From: a virus
Virus record (IMG/VR): IMGVR_UViG_3300022918_000001
Location: 1-64,000 of that record
Strand: one strand, 5' to 3'
DNA: 64,000 bases
Part shown: positions 8,893 to 17,541 of the stretch, one piece after another
How positions within the stretch are numbered: the stretch's first letter is position 1
Layout of the letters: each line of letters opens with the position of its first letter
Program-made: the position numbers and the translations under genes
The notes under the pieces: model-generated
The model's input: the letters and a program-made list of their open reading frames with translations, nothing else
Database searches by the model: none
What the model was told of the DNA's origin: nothing

Positions 8893-10246
8893 AATAGGAG
8901 TAGGAATAACATGCCATAACCGAAATGACATGGCAGAAGAAACAATAAAAATTTGGAATGATTTTTTACCGTTAGATTCTAAACTCGTAATTATCGATGA
9001 CAACAGTGTTATTCCTATTAAAAATTCAGATTACAGATTTGAAAAGCAAGCAGGAATAGCTAAAGCTAAAAATAAGTGTTTAGAACTGTTAGATGATTGC
9101 GAGCATATATTCTTAGCTGATGATGATATCTATCCTTTGGTTAAAGACTGGCATACGAAATACATAGCATCAGGCATAAAACACCTGATGTTTACATTTA
9201 AAGAGTTAAAGTCGGGATTGCCCAATGGACATAGGTATTTAGGTACAGAAGATGGAATATCAAGGTTCTCTCACCCATGCGGATGTTTATTATACATACA
9301 TAGAAGTGTTTTAGATGTTGTAGGAGGCTTTGATGAAAGGTTCGGTATATATTCTCATGAGCACGTAAACTATTCTGATAGAGTCTATAATAACCGATTA
9401 ACAGAACATAGGTATCAGGATATTGAAAATAGCACAGAGTTGTTTTACAGTTTAGATTGGGCTAGAGAAGTTTCTAGTAGTGTGAAAGGACGCAGACAGC
9501 GAATAAGATTAAATGACAAATTACTACAAGCAAATAGAAATAGCAAAGCGTACATGCCTTACAAACCATTAAAAACAGCAATTATAACTACATACTTCAC
9601 CGGAGTAAATGACCCACAGAGAGAAAGTAAATGGGAGGCAGACCACAGTAAGTTATCTAAGCTGATTAAATCTATGAATGGGCAACAGTTGATAATTATT
9701 CACGACTGTTTTGATTTGCCTGATACTGAAAATGTAAAATATGTAAAAGTTGAATCTGCACATAACCCTTATTTCCAAAGATGGATTAGTTTAACTGAAT
9801 ATCTAAGTGAAAATATTTTTGATTATGTATTCATGGTTGATTCTACAGATGTGACTATGATAAATAACCCATTTAAAGAGGATTTAGGAAACTATCTTTA
9901 TGTAGGTGATGAAAAGCAAATAGTAGGATGTAAATGGCTTAAAGAGAATCATAACAGCGACATAGAGGATAGTGAATACCACTCGTTTTATGAGACACAT
10001 AAAGGTAGAACATTATTAAATGCAGGGATAGTAGGAGGTAAAGCCTCTATTGTACTTTATTTTGCTACTAAAATAAAAGATTGGTACTTGAAGAACAATG
10101 GAGAAAAGCTATTTACAGATATGCCGATATTCAACTTTATAGCATATACTCAATTCAGAAAAAACCTAAAGCATGGGGTTAAAATTAACACTGAATTTAA
10201 GAAGTATGACATGAAAAATACTACCTCTTGGTTCCGGCATAAATAA
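8882..10246 (+). CDS. two-domain glycosyltransferase (N-terminal GT2/GT-A)
   Basis: KIGVGITCHNR..., LVIIDDNS, FLADDDIYP (DxD) and GGFDERF give the GT2 signature. The C-terminal half (AIITTYFTGVNDPQRE, FMVDSTDV, LNAGIVGG) looks like a second nucleotide-sugar transferase fold. ATG 8882 overlaps the terL stop (ATGCAGTATAA); the track start 8813 lies inside terL. Confidence 0.75.
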   Translation: MQYKIGVGITCHNRNDMAEETIKIWNDFLPLDSKLVIIDDNSVIPIKNSDYRFEKQAGIAKAKNKCLELLDDCEHIFLADDDIYPLVKDWHTKYIASGIKHLMFTFKELKSGLPNGHRYLGTEDGISRFSHPCGCLLYIHRSVLDVVGGFDERFGIYSHEHVNYSDRVYNNRLTEHRYQDIENSTELFYSLDWAREVSSSVKGRRQRIRLNDKLLQANRNSKAYMPYKPLKTAIITTYFTGVNDPQRESKWEADHSKLSKLIKSMNGQQLIIIHDCFDLPDTENVKYVKVESAHNPYFQRWISLTEYLSENIFDYVFMVDSTDVTMINNPFKEDLGNYLYVGDEKQIVGCKWLKENHNSDIEDSEYHSFYETHKGRTLLNAGIVGGKASIVLYFATKIKDWYLKNNGEKLFTDMPIFNFIAYTQFRKNLKHGVKINTEFKKYDMKNTTSWFRHK

Positions 10247-10301
10247 GGAAATTAGATTTTGAATTAAAAATGTAAGATATTTGACTAAACTTTAATGAAT
10301 T

Positions 10302-12797
10302 ATGGCATTCAGATATCAGCAACCTTCTCAATACAAAGGACAATCTTATAAGAACCCTTACCCTACTACACCCAATCCAAACGTAAAGGCAGAGAAAGAT
10401 TACTTCCTAGCATTTAACAATGCGTTTTACTGTGATTACATTAACAATTACTGTTATGTACCGTTTGAGTTCGGGTCTAAAAGGACTTTTCAGGAGTTAA
10501 GAGCTTATGCTACAGGACAGCAATCTTCTAACAAGATCAAGGAGAACCTTATCGGAGCAAAGAGAAAAAATAATGATGGAAAGTTTATCACCAAAATGAA
10601 TGTTTCCTTTGACACGTACTACAAGCTCCCACAAATGTTTGATGTAATGCGTGAGAAGAATATGAGTCAGGAGTATGATGTATCGGTGACTTGTATCGAT
10701 GATGACAGTATAGCCGCTAAAGAAGCTGATAAAGCCATGTTATTGTTTCTTATAGACGAGCATAATAAAAAATTCATGAGTGAGGTAGGTTTTAAGCCTA
10801 ACACGCCTATAAATCCAGAGGAAATGGGTCTTAGGACAGCGCAGGATGTAAAGACTTACTTTGAGATAGGTGGTTATAGCATGCATAGGGAGATTGCTTG
10901 CCAAGCTGCTTGCCAGAAAACAAAGCTCGTATCTAATTATAAAGTTTTACAGGATGCCTCCTTTGATGATTTGATTGTTACCGGACTAGTGGGATGGAAA
11001 ACATACATTGAGAAGTCTACAATGCTTCCTAAAATCAGGAAAGTAAATTTAGACAGAGCATTAATACCCTATTCAGAACATAACGATTTTAACGACATTA
11101 CAAGAGCCGGAGAGATACGTATAATGACTATTGCGGAGATACGTAAAGAAAACCCAAGCCTCACCTCTATCGACCTTATTTACCTTGCTAAGTGTTTTGC
11201 GTGGTACAACACAGAATACACCGCAGCTATCAACGGAAATTACAATATCAGTCACGTTAATCCTCATTACATGGCAGATGTGAATGTTGATCCGATTAGT
11301 CGTGTAAAAATCATGGTATTGGATTCACAGTGGTTAAGCGTTGATGTAGACACGAACATTAAAAATGTAACCGGAACAGGACAAGTAAGGTTTAAGCCTG
11401 TAGCATTCGATTACAAGCTTGACAAGAAAGCGGAGAAGAGTGGAACTAAGAAAATAGAGAAGAATGTAATCCGTAAATATTATTCAAGTTGGATTATAGG
11501 AACCGATATGTTTTTAGACTATGGTGTAGCTAAAGATGTGGTATACTACGGTGAAGACGGTAATAAAACGCCTAAAATAGATTTCTTCTTTGCCAAGACA
11601 GGTAATGCTTCACTTGTCGAGAGGGCAATTGCTATTGTTGATGATATTGACATGGCGATTGTCAAGCAGAGAAATGCACTCGCTACCATTCCTGCTGCTC
11701 CGGGCTTGGCCATTCAAAAGCATTTGCTTGAGAACGTATTCTTAAACGGTATACTTCAACAGCCGGAAGACATTATGCAAGCCTTACAAGAACGAGGGGT
11801 GCTTTACTATAACGCATTAGACGATCATGGCAAGCCTTTATACATGGCAGGTGGACAAAAGCCTATTGATTATTTGGACGTGTCTAAGATCGCCGGAATC
11901 CTTGCTGTATACGGAAATCATATTGCAGAGAAAGTAAATGAACTTCGGGAAGTATTAGGAATGCAGAATGGTGCTGATGCAGGTGGAACATCCGCTTATC
12001 AGGGATTAGGACAAACAAAACTTGCTTTCCAAGCTGCGAATGCCTCGTTGTATCCTACTTTTAATGCGTATAACTATGTTTTTAAAGCTGCATTTGAGGA
12101 TATTATCAAGAAGTGGCAGATTGTATCCAAAGACAAGGACGTTAAAGTAAGTTACTCTGTATTGGGCAGTAAGAACATGGCGGTGTTTAATCTAGGAAAA
12201 GATTTCGATAATTGGGACTTTAACTTAGAAATAGATATTGCTGCTTCTCAAGAGGAAAAACAGAACCTAATGGCTAATATCACTCAACAAAAAGCATTGG
12301 GAGATCAGACCGGAGGTTCACAAGGACTTACAATGAGCGAATACCTGTATGTGTACCGTAAGGTAATGGCAGGAAACGTAGATGAAGCAATGTACGTTAT
12401 GGCACAGATAGAGGCTAAAAAGAAACAAGAGGCTGATGCGGCTAAACAAGCGGATATTCAGGCTAACGCACAAGTACAGCAGCAATCTGCACAAATGAAA
12501 GGACAGATGGATCAACAGGCTATTGCCGCTAAAGCTGATGCGGCTAACCAGAATACTTTAATCTCTGAATTGCTTAAACAAAACTCAATTCTGATGCAAG
12601 CAATTATTGCTCCTGTTAAAGTAGGAGAAACAAGCAATACAGCAATAGCACCTGACATTATAGCGAGCAACAACCAACAGGTTCAACAGGTATTGTCACC
12701 TCAACCAACAGAAGTAGAATTAGCCTCACAGAGCGCACAACTTCCACCGGATGAAGGTATGATTCAACAGCAAGAACAAATCCCTCAAATGGCTTAA
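10302..12797 (+). CDS. portal protein (by size and synteny)
   Basis: 831-aa ORF after the terminase and before scaffold/capsid. The C-terminal ~130 aa are A/Q/K-rich and helical. No motif-level proof. Confidence 0.55.
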   Translation: MAFRYQQPSQYKGQSYKNPYPTTPNPNVKAEKDYFLAFNNAFYCDYINNYCYVPFEFGSKRTFQELRAYATGQQSSNKIKENLIGAKRKNNDGKFITKMNVSFDTYYKLPQMFDVMREKNMSQEYDVSVTCIDDDSIAAKEADKAMLLFLIDEHNKKFMSEVGFKPNTPINPEEMGLRTAQDVKTYFEIGGYSMHREIACQAACQKTKLVSNYKVLQDASFDDLIVTGLVGWKTYIEKSTMLPKIRKVNLDRALIPYSEHNDFNDITRAGEIRIMTIAEIRKENPSLTSIDLIYLAKCFAWYNTEYTAAINGNYNISHVNPHYMADVNVDPISRVKIMVLDSQWLSVDVDTNIKNVTGTGQVRFKPVAFDYKLDKKAEKSGTKKIEKNVIRKYYSSWIIGTDMFLDYGVAKDVVYYGEDGNKTPKIDFFFAKTGNASLVERAIAIVDDIDMAIVKQRNALATIPAAPGLAIQKHLLENVFLNGILQQPEDIMQALQERGVLYYNALDDHGKPLYMAGGQKPIDYLDVSKIAGILAVYGNHIAEKVNELREVLGMQNGADAGGTSAYQGLGQTKLAFQAANASLYPTFNAYNYVFKAAFEDIIKKWQIVSKDKDVKVSYSVLGSKNMAVFNLGKDFDNWDFNLEIDIAASQEEKQNLMANITQQKALGDQTGGSQGLTMSEYLYVYRKVMAGNVDEAMYVMAQIEAKKKQEADAAKQADIQANAQVQQQSAQMKGQMDQQAIAAKADAANQNTLISELLKQNSILMQAIIAPVKVGETSNTAIAPDIIASNNQQVQQVLSPQPTEVELASQSAQLPPDEGMIQQQEQIPQMA

Positions 12798-12799
12798 TT

Positions 12800-12830
12800 T
12801 TGGATTATAAATAAAATACATATACTTTTG
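12800..12830 (+). promoter_or_regulatory. Bacteroidota-type promoter TTG-N20-TACTTTTG
   Basis: TTG at 12800-12802 and TACTTTTG at 12823-12830, 20 nt before the scaffold ATG. Confidence 0.55.
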
Positions 12831-12850
12831 AGGAAGAAAAGAAAATCAAG

Positions 12851-13990
12851 ATGACAGAAGAAGGACAACAAATAATGGATTATGCGGCTCAAAGGTTCGC
12901 TCCACAACCGACTACAGAAACTCCGACCACTGAAATAGTAGACGATAAACACGTAGAAACAGTAGAGCAAACGGAAACAACACCTACAACTGAAATAGTT
13001 GAGGCTCCGACCACAGAACCGCATATTGAAACACCACCAATTGAAACTGTTGACTACTCTAAATTCCTAAGTGAGACTTCCGAAGGACTATTCACCGACG
13101 TGGATTCTTTCAAAGCATCTCTACCAAAGATTAAAGAGTACGACCAACTTGTATCGGCTAAGACAGAGTTAGAAGAAAAGCTAAAGGTTGATCCTTTCGC
13201 CAACGACTACGTAAAGACTCTTGATAGTATGATAAGGGCAGGGAAGTCGGCAGATGAAATTGAAAACTTTACCAAAATCTCAAGGTTAGACCTCGATCAG
13301 ATTTCAGCTATAGACGCTAAAGTCATGGTTATGGTTAAGGACGGCTACAGTGAAGCTATTGCAAGGCAGATTGTAGAGCAGGAGTTCCCCTTGAATGATT
13401 ATGATGAAGGAACAGTAGAAAGGTCAATCTTAGAAGAGAAGCTACGTGTTAGCTCGTTAAAGGATCGTAACATTCTAAAAGAGTACAAAAAGGATTTAAC
13501 AACAATTGATACATCAGCACAGACCGCAGCCGAACAGCAAAGACTAACGGATATTGCGAATGCTGAAATGCATAAACAGACTGTTAAACAGCAGATACCT
13601 AAAATCGCAGAGACCCTAACAGGTTTAGGTGAAATTAATCTTAACGGTAAAGAAGGAGACGAAGCGGTAAACTTAAAGTTTGATTTTAAAGATGACTTTA
13701 AAGCCGGATTGCCAAAAGCACTTGAGTCTTTCTTTTTAGATGGACATATGGAGATCAATGAGGATAATATTAAACTAGCGCAGGGATACATTGCTGCTGA
13801 TTATCTTCAAAAGAACTTTAGTCAAATCTCTCAAGCTATTTTTAAGCACGCAGAGGCAATTACTACCGAGAAGATGGTAAACAAGTATGAGAACAGAACG
13901 GGACTGCCTGTAGAGACGCCAAATCCGGTTGTAGACAACTCGAAAAAAGAATATCACGATTTCCTAACTAAGGTCGCCCAAGGAAAATAA
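12851..13990 (+). CDS. scaffolding protein (by position and composition)
   Basis: Acidic, helix-rich 379-aa ORF between the portal and the major capsid. N-terminal PTTE(I/T)(V) repeats. Has its own TTG-N20-TACTTTTG promoter. Confidence 0.5.
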   Translation: MTEEGQQIMDYAAQRFAPQPTTETPTTEIVDDKHVETVEQTETTPTTEIVEAPTTEPHIETPPIETVDYSKFLSETSEGLFTDVDSFKASLPKIKEYDQLVSAKTELEEKLKVDPFANDYVKTLDSMIRAGKSADEIENFTKISRLDLDQISAIDAKVMVMVKDGYSEAIARQIVEQEFPLNDYDEGTVERSILEEKLRVSSLKDRNILKEYKKDLTTIDTSAQTAAEQQRLTDIANAEMHKQTVKQQIPKIAETLTGLGEINLNGKEGDEAVNLKFDFKDDFKAGLPKALESFFLDGHMEINEDNIKLAQGYIAADYLQKNFSQISQAIFKHAEAITTEKMVNKYENRTGLPVETPNPVVDNSKKEYHDFLTKVAQGK

Positions 13991-14021
13991 ATCGTAAACA
14001 CAATTTAAAAACTAACAACAA

Positions 14022-15485
14022 ATGGCTACAATTGACAGCAACGCACCTTCGCACATTGAATCGGCACAGGGCGACGTATTCGTACTAGGTTCAACACTAT
14101 TAGCAGATAACCCACAGTTGTTATCTACTTATTTTAAACAATCAGGCTACCCACCAACCACTTTGAGTAAGTTGAAGATGTTCGGTATGGGTTCTCCGGT
14201 AAGAAAAGGCGTAGAAGGGCCAATTACAGGTCACTACGAGAAACCTCGTGTAAAAGACCTGTTTACTGTAGGAGAGATCATCAGCGTACAAGGCAATGAG
14301 ATTACTGTAGCCTTATCTGTAGAGGATATGTATACTTCTTCAAATACCGTAGGTACAACTGTATTTTCACGTCCAAGGGTAACAGAGGTTTATCAATTCG
14401 CTATTAACGGTACTCAATATCGTGTGATTGCTAAAGACCGTACTGTAAATCCTCACCAAATCACTTTAGAGGCGAATGGTGAAGTTGATCCAGAGGATGA
14501 CATTGTAGAAGGTTCAATCGGTTCTTATATCACTACATTAAGTGGTGAGGGAACAGGACAACCAGAGCCTTTACGTCCTTTATCATACAAATACCAGAAC
14601 ACTTTCGGTATCATCAAAGAAACTGACATTACTTCTGGAACGCACTTAACTACTACTGCGCCATTCCAAGTTGTACCGGGAACTAACTTGATGTACAAAG
14701 AAGGCTTGAAAGATGCAGAGATGCGTATGGAGCAAAACAAAGGTCACTTTTGGATGTTCGGACAGAAAGCTGTAGGATGGACTGATTATTCAGAGCCATT
14801 GAAATCAGAGGTTCCAATTCCGGGTTCACAAGGTCTTTTGGACTATGCGCTTGAAAACGGTTACGACATGGAGTATGATACTGCGGATTTCGATGATGCG
14901 GATTTGTATGCTTTGTCTAACTACTTCCACGATATTCGTGTGGGTACATCAGAGATTTTACTTATTGAGGGTTATAACTTCAACCAGAAGATTGAGAAAT
15001 TCTTCTCTAGCCGTTACAACTACAATTGGGTGATTGGTGTATCTGACCGTTACATCAAAGAAGGCGTTAGAAATGCACGTAACATGGACAGCACTTTCAC
15101 AGAGGAAGGTATGTTCGTTAACTTGGGTATCACAGGCTTTGGCTTGGGTAACTTCACGTTCCTTCAAACTAATGCTCCTGAATTGGATTACATTGGTGGA
15201 GCGGGTGCTATTGGCGGTAAAGATTGGGCTATTGCAGTTCCTTTCGGATTTGCAGGTGAAAATGCAGAATACCGTCCTTATGTAGGTTACGAATGGAGAG
15301 GTACTGCCGGATACTCTCGTGAGAATGAGCTATGGGTAAACGGTGGAGCAGGAAATGACAGGTTGGTTACCAAATCATCTGAATTTGATGCTCAAAATAC
15401 CTACATGAGGTCAGAGATTGCACCGCACTTTGCTTTAGGAGAGCAATTCGCTGTTATCCATCCTCAAGGAACATCTGCTTCTTAG
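14022..15485 (+). CDS. major capsid protein (by synteny)
   Basis: 487-aa ORF after the scaffold, followed by the strongest intrinsic terminator in the window (15511-15546). Confidence 0.6.
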   Translation: MATIDSNAPSHIESAQGDVFVLGSTLLADNPQLLSTYFKQSGYPPTTLSKLKMFGMGSPVRKGVEGPITGHYEKPRVKDLFTVGEIISVQGNEITVALSVEDMYTSSNTVGTTVFSRPRVTEVYQFAINGTQYRVIAKDRTVNPHQITLEANGEVDPEDDIVEGSIGSYITTLSGEGTGQPEPLRPLSYKYQNTFGIIKETDITSGTHLTTTAPFQVVPGTNLMYKEGLKDAEMRMEQNKGHFWMFGQKAVGWTDYSEPLKSEVPIPGSQGLLDYALENGYDMEYDTADFDDADLYALSNYFHDIRVGTSEILLIEGYNFNQKIEKFFSSRYNYNWVIGVSDRYIKEGVRNARNMDSTFTEEGMFVNLGITGFGLGNFTFLQTNAPELDYIGGAGAIGGKDWAIAVPFGFAGENAEYRPYVGYEWRGTAGYSRENELWVNGGAGNDRLVTKSSEFDAQNTYMRSEIAPHFALGEQFAVIHPQGTSAS

Positions 15486-15510
15486 TTCACTTTTCATAAT
15501 TTCTATTCTG

Positions 15511-15546
15511 ACCCTCTTGTGTGTAATATGCAAGAGGGTTTTTTGT
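15511..15546 (+). terminator. intrinsic terminator after the major capsid gene
   Basis: ACCCTCTTG (15511-15519) pairs with CAAGAGGGT (15531-15539). 9-bp stem and 11-nt loop, followed by TTTTTTG. Confidence 0.85.
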
Positions 15547-15570
15547 ATTTATGAATTTTATTTACATTTG
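15543..15570 (+). promoter_or_regulatory. Bacteroidota-type promoter TTG-N17-TACATTTG
   Basis: TTG at 15543-15545 and TACATTTG at 15563-15570, just after the capsid terminator and 21 nt before ATG 15592. Confidence 0.55.
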
Positions 15571-15591
15571 TATCGCTTAGGAACATAGTTT

Positions 15592-16053
15592 ATGGATATA
15601 TTCAGTAATCAACAGAAGACATTACTAAAATCTCTTACTAAAGAAGGGAAGAAGGATTTAAAGGTTTTCAAAAAGAAATGCGTTAAGAAAGCATCAACTG
15701 CAAAAAAGAAAAAGACAGGTTCAAGTGGAGAAAGGCTAATAGAGAAATATCTGCTCAAAAACAGAATTGAATTTGTTAAAGAATACCCACTGCCGGAGAT
15801 AAGCAAAAACAAGATGTTCCCATTACGGTTGGATTTCTAGTTGCCTGAACTATTAATAGCTATAGAATTTGATGGTATACAGCATTTCGAGCCTTGTAAG
15901 AAGTTTGACAGCAAAACATATACATTAGCAATTAGACAACAAAGAGATCGCTTAAAAGACTTCTATTGCAGGACTAAAGGAATTGATGTTGTAAGGATAC
16001 ATTATAAAGACATACATAAAATAAGTAATATTTTAGATGAACTAATAATATAA
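15592..16053 (+). pseudogene. PD-(D/E)XK (Vsr/DUF559-like) endonuclease gene interrupted by an in-frame TAG
   Basis: Track ORFs 15592..15840 and 15841..16053 share one frame, separated only by TAG 15838-15840. The joined sequence ...MFPLRLDF*LPELLIAIEFDGIQHFEP... restores the conserved (F/L)DFYLP...IE(F/Y)DGxQH nuclease motif, with the stop where Tyr is expected. Confidence 0.6.
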
Positions 16054-16074
16054 ACGTGACCTAAGCAATCATGT

Positions 16075-16106
16075 AAGCCTCGCAGAAATGTGGGGCTTGT
16101 TTGTTT
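16075..16106 (+). terminator. intrinsic terminator (weaker T-run)
   Basis: AAGCCTCGCA / TGTGGGGCTT form a 10-bp stem with two G-U pairs and a GAAA loop, followed by GTTTGTTT. Confidence 0.5.
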
Positions 16107-16129
16107 AAAAGAAATAATTCATACATTTG
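16101..16129 (+). promoter_or_regulatory. Bacteroidota-type promoter TTG-N18-TACATTTG
   Basis: TTG at 16101-16103 and TACATTTG at 16122-16129, 19 nt before ATG 16149. Confidence 0.5.
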
Positions 16130-16148
16130 TGTATCATTAACAAAAAGC

Positions 16149-16319
16149 ATGGAAGAGAAAGAAAAGACTTCATTCAGAATTACTTTCAATAGAGAGACAG
16201 TTGAATTTATGAATGAATACAAAGAAACTCATGGGTCAAGCATACAATGGTTCGTAGAGAAAGCTGTTGAGGACAGAATACAGGAAATGAAAATTAAAGT
16301 ACAATTAGGAGAGATATAA
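16149..16319 (+). CDS. putative ribbon-helix-helix DNA-binding protein (56 aa)
   Basis: ATG 16149 lies 20 nt after a TACATTTG -7 box (the track TTG start 16101 would include the promoter). SFRITFNRETVEFMNEY...SIQWFVEKAVEDRI fits a strand-helix-helix pattern. Confidence 0.4.
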   Translation: MEEKEKTSFRITFNRETVEFMNEYKETHGSSIQWFVEKAVEDRIQEMKIKVQLGEI

Positions 16320-16320
16320 T

Positions 16321-17466
16321 ATGTTATTTTTAAACAGACAACAAATAAGCGCAGAAGCATTAATGATGAAGTACGCTTCACGTCAGGACTTCGAGAATGT
16401 AAAGAAGAGACCTTCTTTTGAGATTAACAAAAGCCGGAAAAAGGTAGATCACTTAAACGGAGGTAAGATCAAGACTCCAAAAGCAAGCGGTATGCGTTCA
16501 CACTTCATGGTATATGATAAAGCTAGTGGACTTAAAGTTGAGATTCGGTATGCAGAGAGCAATAACTCTAGGGTTGTTGGTGATCGGGTTATTGACCAAT
16601 TTGAACCAAGGTATGTAAATACTACGGGAGCTACGTTTGCTTTTCAGAACAATTTGGATTTGGCGGTATTTACATTCTTACATCCTAACAATGTGTTGTC
16701 TCCGCTTAAAACGGGCAACGGTAAAGGTAAGTATGAGTACATTGATACTAAAAAACGTTCTAAAGATAAGGTTGCTGCTATTGATGCGTTAACCGATGCT
16801 TTATCACATGCTAAGGCATTGAGCGAAGACAGGTTGATTATTTTGGCTAAGGGCTTAGGTATTAAAGGAACGGACAAGAAAGAAGTTGAAGATGTAAGGG
16901 CAGATGTAATGGAGTTTGCCAGTAAGTTCCCTAAAGTGTATAACGAGAAGTCTAACACTGAATTAACCTACGTAGAAGGACGTATAACCAACTTAATTGA
17001 TAAAGGTATAGTTAAGCTTCAAAACGTTGGAACGATGCGTAGATGGACTTGGACTAGCGGAGAAAGGGAAGGTGAACACATCTTGGATATTATGAATGTT
17101 ACGCAGGATGCTAGACAGGCATTGAAGAATTACTTTTTTAGCGACCTGAACAAACACATGAATATCCTTAACAACATTACAAACGACATTAGCGCAGTTG
17201 AGAAGGCTAAAAGGGATTTAGCTGCATACGAGGCTTCTATTAACCCTGCTCCTGTTGTAGACCCTACAGAAAGAACTATTGGTGATGCGTTACCTGATTA
17301 TTTAAAGAATGCGGATCAGGGAGTTCCGATTAGTGCTTCTGGTGTATCTGAAAAGATTCCTATGTACACAAAAGAAGATGCGATTAGGGAGTTGAGTGAT
17401 GAATATGGTAATCCACCGCACCACAAGACGGTAGAGAAATGGCTTAAAGAAAAGAATGGTGAATAA
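16321..17466 (+). CDS. hypothetical protein
   Basis: 381-aa ORF followed by a terminator at 17495-17528. No motif recognised. Confidence 0.65.
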   Translation: MLFLNRQQISAEALMMKYASRQDFENVKKRPSFEINKSRKKVDHLNGGKIKTPKASGMRSHFMVYDKASGLKVEIRYAESNNSRVVGDRVIDQFEPRYVNTTGATFAFQNNLDLAVFTFLHPNNVLSPLKTGNGKGKYEYIDTKKRSKDKVAAIDALTDALSHAKALSEDRLIILAKGLGIKGTDKKEVEDVRADVMEFASKFPKVYNEKSNTELTYVEGRITNLIDKGIVKLQNVGTMRRWTWTSGEREGEHILDIMNVTQDARQALKNYFFSDLNKHMNILNNITNDISAVEKAKRDLAAYEASINPAPVVDPTERTIGDALPDYLKNADQGVPISASGVSEKIPMYTKEDAIRELSDEYGNPPHHKTVEKWLKEKNGE

Positions 17467-17494
17467 GTAGAATTGAAGTTTTAGATTGGGAGAG

Positions 17495-17528
17495 TCCGTT
17501 AGCATTAATTTGTTAGCGGATTTTTTTT
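17495..17528 (+). terminator. intrinsic terminator
   Basis: TCCGTTAGCA / TGTTAGCGGA form a 10-bp stem with two G-U pairs and a 6-nt loop, followed by T8. Confidence 0.75.
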
Positions 17529-17537
17529 ATACCTTTG
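17510..17537 (+). promoter_or_regulatory. Bacteroidota-type promoter TTG-N17-TACCTTTG overlapping a terminator
   Basis: TTG at 17510-17512 and TACCTTTG at 17530-17537. The ATG at 17542 is only 4 nt downstream. Confidence 0.5.
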
Positions 17538-17541
17538 AATT

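Noticed and set aside
12905-13050. PTTE(I/T)V-type short repeats at the N-terminus of the scaffold-like protein, as a distinct repeat element.
   Set aside because: These are a short, degenerate, acidic/Thr-rich low-complexity stretch inside a coding region. Such linkers are common in scaffolding proteins, and nothing suggests a function at the DNA level.
15838-15840. Genome-wide TAG reassignment (alternative genetic code), as seen in some phages of Bacteroidota-type hosts.
   Set aside because: TAG serves as an ordinary terminator for at least the first two genes (670-672 and 2669-2671, each followed at once by the next gene). This is the only in-frame TAG I found inside a recognisable domain. 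It replaces an expected Tyr rather than Gln. A point nonsense mutation is the simpler explanation.
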